Part shown: in pieces, positions 49,636 through 58,449 of the stretch
How positions within the stretch are numbered: position 1 is the first letter of the stretch
How the letters are laid out: each line of letters starts with the position of its first letter
NCBI GenBank assembly: GCA_037127815.1
Contig: JBAXXP010000002.1
Location: 142,943 to 206,942 of the forward strand
Origin: a bacterium
Lineage (GTDB): Bacteria; Patescibacteriota; Minisyncoccia; Phycocordibacterales; CAIZLB01
Length of the DNA stretch: 64,000 nucleotides
Direction: 5' to 3'
Translations under genes and position numbers: made by a program
The notes under the pieces: generated by a model
What the model was told of the DNA's origin: nothing
Seen by the model: only the letters and a program-made list of their open reading frames with translations
The model's database searches: none

Positions 49636-51189
49636 ATGGAAACTAAAGCTGTATCATACTGTAGGGTGTCATCTAAAGAACAAGAGGAGTCTGGCTATTC
49701 CCTACCATCACAGGAGAAGTTACTTGCTGAGTATGCAAACAGGAAGGGATTAGATGTGACTAAAGTATTTGCTGTAGCTGAATCTGCAAGTGGAGCAAAA
49801 CAAAGAAAGATATTTAGTGAAATGATGGAGTATATGGAAAATAAGGGCATATCTATATTGTTATGTGAAAAAGTTGATCGTCTATCGAGAAATTTAAAAG
49901 AAGCTGTGGTTGCAAATGATTGGATTGAGGCTAATCAGAAAAGACAAATTCACTTTGTAAAACAAAATCTTGTTATACACAAAGCTTCTAAATCTGATGA
50001 AAAATTTCGTTGGGATATTGAGATTGTTTTGGCGAAGAAATTTATTTCAAATTTATCAGAAGAGGTTAAAAAGGGACAGAAGGAAAAAATATCTCAAGGT
50101 TGGTTACCAACAAAACCCCCTCTAGGATATATAACGACTGGAGACAAAGGTCACAAAATACATCTAGTTGATACAGAAAAATCTTCTTATATCAAAAAGA
50201 TGTTTGAGCTTTATTCTACAGGCAACTATTCCATACCCGCCCTTGTTGAGGTCATGTACACAGATGGTTTCAGAAACAGAGAGGGTAAAAAGGTTGGAAA
50301 GTCTAGATTACACGACCTGTTATCAGACCCTTTCTACTGTGGAGAAATGAAATGGAATGGCCAAATATATTCCGCAAAACATAAACCTATTATCACAAAA
50401 GAACTATTTGATTTAGTTCAAGAAAAGATGAATCGTAAGTTTAAAATTCCTAGATATCAAAAACATTTACCAATATTTAAAGCTAAAATCGAATGTGAGG
50501 AATGTAATGGAACTATTACATGGGAAACCCAGAAGGGTCATTGGTATGGTCATTGTAACCACCATAAAAAATGTGGTCAAAAAAATTGGTGGAAACAAGA
50601 AAAGGTTGAGGAAAGGATATTCCCATACTTTGAAGGAGTAGCACCCAAAACCGCTAAGGTATTACAAATTATTGAAAGAGCAATTATAGAGAGTCACAGT
50701 GATGATACAAAAGATAATTCTAATTCACTAATTGAAGTTAATAGACGTATAGAGACATCACAACGTAGACTAGAGGCAATTTATGAAGACAAGATTGATG
50801 GAAAAATTTCTATTGATTTTTACAACAAGAAATTTACTGAATACACAAAAGAAAATGAGGAGGCTACAAAATTATTAGTCAAAGCCAGTAAGGGAAATAT
50901 AAAATATTATGAATCGTGTTTCAAAATTCACGAGCTTGCTTCAAATGCTTCACTTATCTACAAGAGCCCTAAAGCCACAACGGAGGACAAAAGACTACTT
51001 CTTAGTAAGATATTTTCGAACCTGTCATTAGGAGATGATAATATAACGCCAGAATACACATTAGCCTTTAAATTTCTTACAGAATGGCTACCTGTGCTAA
51101 ATGATAGTTTCGAACCACAAAACTATGGCTCTAACAAAGGAAAAGAGAGCACTTTCGTGCCCTCTCATCCTGTCTTGCTCCGCGGGTAG
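49636..51189 (+). CDS. large serine recombinase (resolvase, recombinase and zinc-ribbon domains)
   Basis: YCRVSSKEQ...SL..Q, ESAS, VDRLSRN, PPLGY, PFY.G, H.PII..ELF..VQ, CEEC...C.H.KKC, coiled coil. Confidence 0.96.
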   Translation: METKAVSYCRVSSKEQEESGYSLPSQEKLLAEYANRKGLDVTKVFAVAESASGAKQRKIFSEMMEYMENKGISILLCEKVDRLSRNLKEAVVANDWIEANQKRQIHFVKQNLVIHKASKSDEKFRWDIEIVLAKKFISNLSEEVKKGQKEKISQGWLPTKPPLGYITTGDKGHKIHLVDTEKSSYIKKMFELYSTGNYSIPALVEVMYTDGFRNREGKKVGKSRLHDLLSDPFYCGEMKWNGQIYSAKHKPIITKELFDLVQEKMNRKFKIPRYQKHLPIFKAKIECEECNGTITWETQKGHWYGHCNHHKKCGQKNWWKQEKVEERIFPYFEGVAPKTAKVLQIIERAIIESHSDDTKDNSNSLIEVNRRIETSQRRLEAIYEDKIDGKISIDFYNKKFTEYTKENEEATKLLVKASKGNIKYYESCFKIHELASNASLIYKSPKATTEDKRLLLSKIFSNLSLGDDNITPEYTLAFKFLTEWLPVLNDSFEPQNYGSNKGKESTFVPSHPVLLRG

Positions 51190-51249
51190 GATTCGAACCT
51201 ACGACCAATTCGTTAACAGCGAACTGCTCTACCACTGAGCTACCGCGGA
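51178..51249 (-). tRNA. tRNA-Asn(GTT), the integration site
   Basis: Acceptor TCCGCGG/CCGCGGA, anticodon arm TTCG-CT-GTT-AA-CGAA, GTTCGAATC T-loop. Confidence 0.95.
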
Positions 51250-51368
51250 TTGTTTACATCATTCCCTGTGTAGGGCTTGATACAAAGATAATAGCAAAAT
51301 GTACATCTTTTGTAAACTCTATAATAGGTTAGGTTTTAAAGGGCTACACCCCACCCATATTTCCCCAT

Positions 51369-51968
51369 CTACCTTGTCACCATTATGTCCCCAGAGGCTG
51401 TAGTTTCAGCTACATCAGACTTAACTGTCACTCTTCCTGTTATGTCTTGAAGTATCAGATATCCTGTATCATAGCTGTCTGGAGTCTCCCAGAAGGCGCC
51501 TGTTTTCTTTGGATCAAAGGGTAATGAGGAAATATAGGTCGGGGAAATACAATCCGCTATATCAAACACTCCAGCCCCAACTCCACTCTTCATAGGCTCA
51601 AATGTTGTTGGTATATTTTTTGCCTCCCCATTACAACTGAATACCCCACCATTATCTGCAATGTTTTGACTCACTGCATTTAGAACTGATGCAACATTTG
51701 CGGTACGTTGAGAATCTCTTGCTGTCTTAAATTGCTTGGCAGGATTCACTGCGACCAAAACAACAGTTGCAAGAATTGCCAGAATTCCAATTACCACTAA
51801 AACCTCTATCAAAGTAAAACCAGCAGTAGCACCAACTGTACTGGATACATTAGTATTTTTCTTCACAAACTTATACTTCTTCAAAAAATTTGAAATAGCG
51901 GTCTTTTGTGCCACGCTTTGATTACGCGTCACAGGAACAGCTCTTCCAATTACATTTATTTTATTCAT
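51369..51968 (-). CDS. type IV pilin / pseudopilin
   Basis: GFTLIEVLVVIGILAILATVVLVAVNP...ARDSQR. Confidence 0.9.
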   Translation of the reverse strand: MNKINVIGRAVPVTRNQSVAQKTAISNFLKKYKFVKKNTNVSSTVGATAGFTLIEVLVVIGILAILATVVLVAVNPAKQFKTARDSQRTANVASVLNAVSQNIADNGGVFSCNGEAKNIPTTFEPMKSGVGAGVFDIADCISPTYISSLPFDPKKTGAFWETPDSYDTGYLILQDITGRVTVKSDVAETTASGDIMVTR

Positions 51969-52001
51969 GTTCAAATCGTATCAAAGCAACATAAAGAATC
52001 T

Positions 52002-52667
52002 CTAAATATTTTCTAAAGAATCGATAAAGTTATTTATGAGATGTAGTTTACTAATATATGACCTATATTCATCCAATCTCCACTCTACATATATCCTTGA
52101 ACGATTACCCTCATCTACAAATTGATCTTTTCCTACCCCACCAACACTTAAAACACCGAGGGTGCTGTAACCTTCTATTATAGATCTATAGCTGCAACCG
52201 GAGCCTACATCACAAGCTTTCAATTCTATCACTTTGCAATTGTAGTTTTCAGAGCCACTTCTACCATTTATTGAATACCTAGAGATATTTGCATCTACCT
52301 GACCAATGACTCCCATACCATTACCATTTGCCCCGACGTTGTGTATCCAATAATTATTGTCTATAGGTGAATTTATTTCCAATCTCTGTAGATAGTCAAT
52401 TAAATCAGTGTTTAATGATGGATACTTTGCTAAGATATTTGAAATCTGTCCAACACACAAAAAAGAGCTCTGCAAAGCCCTTTCTGACTTTATTATTTCT
52501 CTCACATTATCAGCAATTTTCTTCTGATTTTCAGAGTATTTTATCATCATCAAAAGTAATGACATTGATACTATTATGACAAAAATAAGCAATGCAAAAC
52601 CATTCTCATACACTCGCAAAATCACACGATTCCCAGATTTCTTTCTTTCATTAAATTTTAGCACCAA
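52002..52667 (-). CDS. PilX-like minor pilin
   Basis: NGFALLIFVIIV leader lacking Glu+5; next to the pilin gene. Confidence 0.55.
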   Translation of the reverse strand: MVLKFNERKKSGNRVILRVYENGFALLIFVIIVSMSLLLMMIKYSENQKKIADNVREIIKSERALQSSFLCVGQISNILAKYPSLNTDLIDYLQRLEINSPIDNNYWIHNVGANGNGMGVIGQVDANISRYSINGRSGSENYNCKVIELKACDVGSGCSYRSIIEGYSTLGVLSVGGVGKDQFVDEGNRSRIYVEWRLDEYRSYISKLHLINNFIDSLENI

Positions 52668-52794
52668 GAAACTATATCAAATAGACATAAAGTCACGATA
52701 AAGAAAAGGTAAAGAATTACCCTACTTTTAATTTTACGCGGAATATTCCAGCGACTGTCTATATATTACAATATCTCAAACCTCTTCTTGTACC

Positions 52795-53418
52795 CTAGAT
52801 TCCAACCACTTTCTTTCTTTCTATTTTTAACCACCACAGGAATGCAACTATACCTATTACAGAAAGGATAAGTCCAACCTCAGAGAAATATTTTCCAAAT
52901 AGATGCCATTTTCTACCAACCAAAACTCCAAGCATTAAATAAGCGACAGACCAAACTGTTGCACCGACAATATTCCATAGGTTAAATGTCTTGAAGTCCA
53001 TACCAGTTGTCCCTGCTACTATTGGAACAGCGGGACGTATTGGGCCAATAAATCTGGCCATAACAAGGCTTTTTGCCCCATATTTATCAAAAAAAGAATG
53101 CCCCACCTTCAGATTTTTTGTACTTAAATATCTATGATGATCCTTGAAGAATCTTCTGCCGTATTTACCCAGGGAATAACTAATCATATCACCAAGTGTC
53201 GCACCTATTATTGAGGCAATTACACATGGGAAAAAATGCATATAGCCCTGAGAAATTACTGAGCCAAAATAAAGCATCACAATAACTCCTGGAAATACGG
53301 CTCCAACAGGACTTGATTCTAGACCTGAAATTATAAAAACTATCAAATAAACAAGAACGCCCATTGATGCAAAATAAGGCATTGAGTCTATTATTGGTTT
53401 GATTAGAAAATCTAACAT
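52795..53418 (-). CDS. DedA-family membrane protein
   Basis: LES...FPG, GATLGD..SY.LG, ARFIGPIR..VP.VAG, F...N..GA..W. Confidence 0.92.
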   Translation of the reverse strand: MLDFLIKPIIDSMPYFASMGVLVYLIVFIISGLESSPVGAVFPGVIVMLYFGSVISQGYMHFFPCVIASIIGATLGDMISYSLGKYGRRFFKDHHRYLSTKNLKVGHSFFDKYGAKSLVMARFIGPIRPAVPIVAGTTGMDFKTFNLWNIVGATVWSVAYLMLGVLVGRKWHLFGKYFSEVGLILSVIGIVAFLWWLKIERKKVVGI

Positions 53419-53510
53419 AGATTGATTATATCAGAAAAAATGACTTTTACTTAGGGAAAATTAAAGCAGTACGGCTAAATTCACGATGCACAACAAATAA
53501 CTGAATTTGA

Positions 53511-54161
53511 CTAGTTAGTCCTTATAAACTGTCCGTTACCGTATTGATAATATGAGTTTGAGTTGGAATAATAATTTTGATTTTGATACCCATATCCACT
53601 ATTGTTGCCATTATTACCATAGCCATTGTTTACATAAGCAGGATAACCAGTACTTGCTTGATAGTAAAGAGAGATTGCCGCTGTGCCCGCTGCGGTTGCT
53701 GTAGTTTGACCTATACCACCATATACACCAACGTTGCCACTATTTGAATTACCGTACGTAGTATTATAAACAGGAGTCTGTTTTCCAAAAGTATCCATTG
53801 TAGTGCTTATGCCATTGTTCGATGTGTTATTTGGCACATAAACTATCTGAGGATAATATTGAAATTGATATGGCTGACCTATACCATTATTATTAGTTTG
53901 ATTTGGTACGTAGGTTATTTGAGGATAACTTTGATATTGATACGGCTGATTGTAGTTTGATGCAGAAGAATAGTACGAATAGTTATTGCTACCCCCACAA
54001 CCACTGTAATCGCCATACCCCCCGTAATTATAATCATAAGAACCGCCACATGCCTCTACCTTATTAAAAGGCACAGCAACAAACATAATAGCAAAAATAG
54101 CCATAGAAATTACAAATGGGAAAGTGGCATTTTTAATGTATTTGTTTGTAGCGATATTCAT
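53511..54161 (-). CDS. secreted low-complexity Tyr/Asn/Gly/Gln-rich protein
   Basis: Signal peptide ending VEA; internal duplication QPYQ.Q.YPQI.YVPN. Confidence 0.65.
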   Translation of the reverse strand: MNIATNKYIKNATFPFVISMAIFAIMFVAVPFNKVEACGGSYDYNYGGYGDYSGCGGSNNYSYYSSASNYNQPYQYQSYPQITYVPNQTNNNGIGQPYQFQYYPQIVYVPNNTSNNGISTTMDTFGKQTPVYNTTYGNSNSGNVGVYGGIGQTTATAAGTAAISLYYQASTGYPAYVNNGYGNNGNNSGYGYQNQNYYSNSNSYYQYGNGQFIRTN

Positions 54162-54214
54162 AGGCTTATTTATATCTGGATATTAGCACATATATGCCAT
54201 TTGTAAAGAGGTTG

Positions 54215-55708
54215 CTAATTAATCTTGAAAGTACTAAATATCTTATCGAAAATTGAAAAGTATGGACTACTATCTTCCTTTGCTATTGCATACAATCCAA
54301 AAATGCTCCTATCTCCATTTTTATCGCTTACACAAATATCCGCATGATATGTGCTATCACCCCCAGAAGTTACCGCGTATTTAATATATGAACCAACACC
54401 AAATTGACCTAGATCAATAAACTCGGAACTTTTAACTTTGACACTTGTTGAATTACTTAATCCAAAAGTATATTCTGCACAAGTTCCCATTATCGACAAT
54501 GTACTAAATACTATTGTTCTACCCTCTGGCTCTGTAAATGTTATCATCGTACCCTTATCAAAGTTCTCCTTTCTTTGCCAAGTATCTGGAGCACGGAATG
54601 AAAAATTTAGACCTTTATATGCATAATTATACGGATACCAAATTGATGTACTTTCAGATTGTTCTTTAAATAACCTCGCCTCTGCAATTTTGCGCATAGA
54701 ATATATAAAAGGGACCGCTGGACTGGTGGCAACAGATGAGTCGCCACCTTCTATAGATGTGCTAGTTGCAACATCATATCTAATCACCTTATTGACCGAT
54801 GGCTTACCAATCTTATCGCCACTCACATAAAAACCTCCAATCAATGTTGCAACGTTATCACTAATTTCTACTGATGAGATTGATGGCGAATATACACCAT
54901 AATTAAATGGGACGATAGTGTATCGAGGTAAAGGTACAGAAATTATAGAGCTTGAAGAACTAACCGCTGGAGCGGGAGCAACGACAGCAATTGGAGCTTC
55001 TGAAAGCAGAGTATAAAAATTATTTGTTATAGTTTTGTTTGCTGTACCATTTTCAGTTGCAGATATAGAAATTACAGCATCATTTATGCCGTCTTTATTT
55101 AAATCGCCGATAGCCCAAATTTTATCTAGCTTATAATATGGGAAACAAAGTCTTTCTGTTGGCGTGTTGTAGCAAACATCCCCCATCGCCTCTCCATTTG
55201 ATAAGGTAATATTTACACCATTCTTATCATTATTGGTTTTAATTAGATACTGAGAGCCACTTGCTGCCATGATAATATTTGAGACATCAGATGAATTTGG
55301 ATCAACACCTTCTCCAAACGTGATCTTGCCAATAGCACCAACACCACTGTTTATTCCACCGCCTGCAACAGTCTTTGCAGTGTTGACTGAATTTTTAATA
55401 TTTTTAAGCACAGTAATTGGCGAATCTATAAGACTTTTGATTGCAACTTCCTCAACTGTCGGAGCTTCTGAACCTGCGGGATTTTGATCTGTAATTGGGC
55501 CTCTAAGTACAGCATCTTCTTGTTGTTGCTTCTTAGTTACTATAGATTGAAATAGCTTTCCTTGCTCATTTATACCAATATAGTATGCAGCTACCGCAAG
55601 TAGTGTAAGACCTATTATAAAATAGAAAACAAAAGTAACAGAACCTTTATTTTTTAAGATTCTGTCATTGTCCATGTTCGAGTGTTTTTTTTCGATATTC
55701 AAAAACAT
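54215..55708 (-). CDS. membrane-anchored surface protein
   Basis: N-terminal TM helix, GDLNKDGINDA calcium-loop-like motif, C-terminal PsbP-like F..PDTW. Confidence 0.65.
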   Translation of the reverse strand: MFLNIEKKHSNMDNDRILKNKGSVTFVFYFIIGLTLLAVAAYYIGINEQGKLFQSIVTKKQQQEDAVLRGPITDQNPAGSEAPTVEEVAIKSLIDSPITVLKNIKNSVNTAKTVAGGGINSGVGAIGKITFGEGVDPNSSDVSNIIMAASGSQYLIKTNNDKNGVNITLSNGEAMGDVCYNTPTERLCFPYYKLDKIWAIGDLNKDGINDAVISISATENGTANKTITNNFYTLLSEAPIAVVAPAPAVSSSSSIISVPLPRYTIVPFNYGVYSPSISSVEISDNVATLIGGFYVSGDKIGKPSVNKVIRYDVATSTSIEGGDSSVATSPAVPFIYSMRKIAEARLFKEQSESTSIWYPYNYAYKGLNFSFRAPDTWQRKENFDKGTMITFTEPEGRTIVFSTLSIMGTCAEYTFGLSNSTSVKVKSSEFIDLGQFGVGSYIKYAVTSGGDSTYHADICVSDKNGDRSIFGLYAIAKEDSSPYFSIFDKIFSTFKIN

Positions 55709-55772
55709 AGTAATATTATATCACTATAAGTAAAAAAGTTTAAGAATTATAATGCAAGAAATCCGAAAATGA

Positions 55773-56219
55773 TTACATAGTTAAAACCTCCTTCACCTTC
55801 TCCACAATTTGATCTAAGGTGTAGTTTGTTTTAACTAGAAAAACGGTAGTTCCCTGCTCCATTGCATGAGCGACACTCTCTGGCTTATCAATTGATGTAA
55901 GCATCATAACTTTTGCATGTTCTCCCCAAGGATCAGTTCTTAGTTTTTCTAATGTCTCCCAACCACTCATATTTGGCATTTTTACGTCAAGCAAAATTAC
56001 GTCTGGCTTTATTTCAAATGCTTTCTTTAGACCAATTACTCCGTCTCCAGCTGATTCAGCGATAAAACCTGAGAAGTTTAGTTTATCTACTAAAACGGAA
56101 GAAAGGTTCTCGTCATCATCAATTACTAATACTTTTTTCTTAATAGTTACTGCCGGCTCAGCAGCTGTGTTTACGTCTAGATTTGCATCAGTTTGATTTG
56201 TTGTGTTTTGTTGTTCCAT
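55773..56219 (-). CDS. single-domain response regulator
   Basis: VLVIDDD, ILLDVKMP..SG, MLTS, FLVK. Confidence 0.92.
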   Translation of the reverse strand: MEQQNTTNQTDANLDVNTAAEPAVTIKKKVLVIDDDENLSSVLVDKLNFSGFIAESAGDGVIGLKKAFEIKPDVILLDVKMPNMSGWETLEKLRTDPWGEHAKVMMLTSIDKPESVAHAMEQGTTVFLVKTNYTLDQIVEKVKEVLTM

Positions 56220-56272
56220 GATGGTTATATTATAGCCTTAATTTGGGGTTTTGGCCAAGGTAAGTAGTTAAA

Positions 56273-56929
56273 TCAGTTTCCCATGCAATAATCACCTAAT
56301 TCAGAAGGCCCTTCTCCCCAATCTATTATTTCCTTATTCCAGTAGGAACTCGTAAATGGAAAAGAAGGTTGACCATACAATTGACTATCAATATCTTGAA
56401 GATAAATTTGTATATAATAATTATTAAATGTTTTAATACCACCGCAAGAGTAGTAGCGTGAAAAATACTCCGATAACTCAACAGGATCGGTGACATAAGC
56501 TATATACATATAACCCAACTTAGGAAGAGAGATTAGTGATTTAGTCAAATCACCCATATATAGCTTTTTTGTTTTAAGTAAAGCGCTTACATTATCAGTA
56601 ACTTCAGTTAAGGTAGATGCGGGTACACCAAGTTGGTACTGATCTTGAAGCCAAGAGCCTAGAGGAAATTTCGGATATGATCCAAAACTTGTCCTATATA
56701 ACTCCAAGGCCTTGGCAAATTCCTCCATATCACTTCTCACCTTTGATATCTGAGCCTTTTGTCTCGCTGTATTTACTGAAGCCAAAACAACAGATGAAAG
56801 CAAAGCAATAATTGAAATAACCACCAGAAGTTCAATTAGAGTGAAGCCAGCTTTCTTGAACCTAGATCTAGAGCCCCCCCCTATCAGTTTTGAGATTCCT
56901 TCCTCTTTGTATTTTTTAAAAATTCGCAT
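56273..56929 (-). CDS. type IV pilin / GspG-like protein
   Basis: GFTLIELLVVISIIALLSSVVLAS...AR.KA...ALELY...G.YP. Confidence 0.9.
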   Translation of the reverse strand: MRIFKKYKEEGISKLIGGGSRSRFKKAGFTLIELLVVISIIALLSSVVLASVNTARQKAQISKVRSDMEEFAKALELYRTSFGSYPKFPLGSWLQDQYQLGVPASTLTEVTDNVSALLKTKKLYMGDLTKSLISLPKLGYMYIAYVTDPVELSEYFSRYYSCGGIKTFNNYYIQIYLQDIDSQLYGQPSFPFTSSYWNKEIIDWGEGPSELGDYCMGN

Positions 56930-56944
56930 ATTTTTGTTAATATA

Positions 56945-58399
56945 TTATAACCTCAAAGTGAAAGTTGAGCCAACATTCTCCTCTGATGCAAAACTAATAC
57001 TTCCGCCAAGTGCCTCAGCAACTGATTTAACAAGATATAGACCAAGTCCAGTACTTTGGCTACTACTAACATCCTGTACATTTTTCGCACGAAACAGCTT
57101 TGAAAAAACTCTGTTTTGCTGATCCTTTGGAATTCCCAGACCAGTATCTGTTACGCTTATTTCTCCTTGATCTAGACTTACTCCATCCTGCAAATCAATT
57201 GTTATACTTCCGCCGTCTCTATTGTACTTAATGGCATTTGTAATCAGGTTTTGAATAACAATTCTGAGAAGTTTTGGATCACTATTCACATTTGATAATG
57301 CATTATTGTATTTCTTATTAAATACGATTTTCTTTGCATCAATTTGCGACGCAAGTTCAACGATAATTCCATCAACAATTAGGGGCACATTTGTAGATTC
57401 TTTTGTTATTGCAAGTGTACCGATTTCTATTCTTGAAACATTTAATAAAGTCTCTACTAAATCAACCATATCTTTATTAACCCTAGCCATTCTACCTAAA
57501 TATTCTTTTTGCTTATCTGTTAAGACACCTAAATCTCCAGATGAAAGCATTTCTGTATACCATTTAATTGTTGCAAGAGGTGTTCTCAATTGATGTGAAG
57601 CTAAGGAGACGAATTCTGTCTTTGCTTGATCCAATTGCTTTTGCTCTGTTATATCAAAAACTGTAACCAAACCACTTTTCTTACCTGTTGAAAAATCTTT
57701 ACTTTGAAATATTGAAATTGAAGCCCATTTAACTGAACCTTCTTTTGTTATCATTCTAATTTCCTCCTTATTGATTGGTAGATTAGATTTGTAAAAATTA
57801 AGGAATTTCTCACCCAGTTCCTTATCTTCTTCTGCTGTATAAAAAAAGAAATTTTTTCCTGAAATTTCGGCTGGTATAACTCCAAAAAATCTTAGAGCAG
57901 ATTTATTACATCCATGTATTTCACCTTCTTCGTTAATTGTTAAATATGGTATTGGTGCATTTTCATATATTTCCTCAAGCTCCATCTTTGAACCTAGTAG
58001 TTTTTTTGTCTTATATGAAGAGATAAGCTCTGCTCGCGTTGTTGATGTTAAAAGAAGATACACTATATAACCAATAAGTACTGTAGTTATATAGGCAGAA
58101 ATCAACAATATCAATGCTTCAAATCCAGAAGCAGAGAAACTAGTGAACATTCCTCCTCCAGTACCCGCTCCTTCTAGATTAAAATATTTTTGAGGATATA
58201 AAAATATATCAGTGAAGAAAGGGGTGACCCAAAACAAAAGTCCCATTAGCACAATTACAGTTGTAATACTAATTGTAATATGTCTAACAAGAATATCCTT
58301 TTGTTCTAGTTCTGAAGATGGATCCTTTGCTTTTTCCAACAATGGTTCAACTGTAGTTGGCACCAAAGCTGGTATTTCATTTTCTACATTTTCAGTCAT
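56945..58399 (-). CDS. PAS-domain sensor histidine kinase
   Basis: Two TM helices, PAS, H-box ASHQLRTPL, N-box NLITNAIKY, DTGLGIP, GLGL. Confidence 0.94.
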   Translation of the reverse strand: MTENVENEIPALVPTTVEPLLEKAKDPSSELEQKDILVRHITISITTVIVLMGLLFWVTPFFTDIFLYPQKYFNLEGAGTGGGMFTSFSASGFEALILLISAYITTVLIGYIVYLLLTSTTRAELISSYKTKKLLGSKMELEEIYENAPIPYLTINEEGEIHGCNKSALRFFGVIPAEISGKNFFFYTAEEDKELGEKFLNFYKSNLPINKEEIRMITKEGSVKWASISIFQSKDFSTGKKSGLVTVFDITEQKQLDQAKTEFVSLASHQLRTPLATIKWYTEMLSSGDLGVLTDKQKEYLGRMARVNKDMVDLVETLLNVSRIEIGTLAITKESTNVPLIVDGIIVELASQIDAKKIVFNKKYNNALSNVNSDPKLLRIVIQNLITNAIKYNRDGGSITIDLQDGVSLDQGEISVTDTGLGIPKDQQNRVFSKLFRAKNVQDVSSSQSTGLGLYLVKSVAEALGGSISFASEENVGSTFTLRL

Positions 58400-58449
58400 A
58401 GAAATATTATATCACACAGAACTCATGTACTACAGTGTATGGACCCTGA

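Larger units (their letters stand above)
43406..51185. mobile_element. satellite-like integrative element at tRNA-Asn (left end could be J3, J2 or J1)
   Basis: Large serine recombinase abutting the tRNA 3' end, primase-helicase, TerS-like HTH gene, cargo genes and att-like left junctions. Confidence 0.82.
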
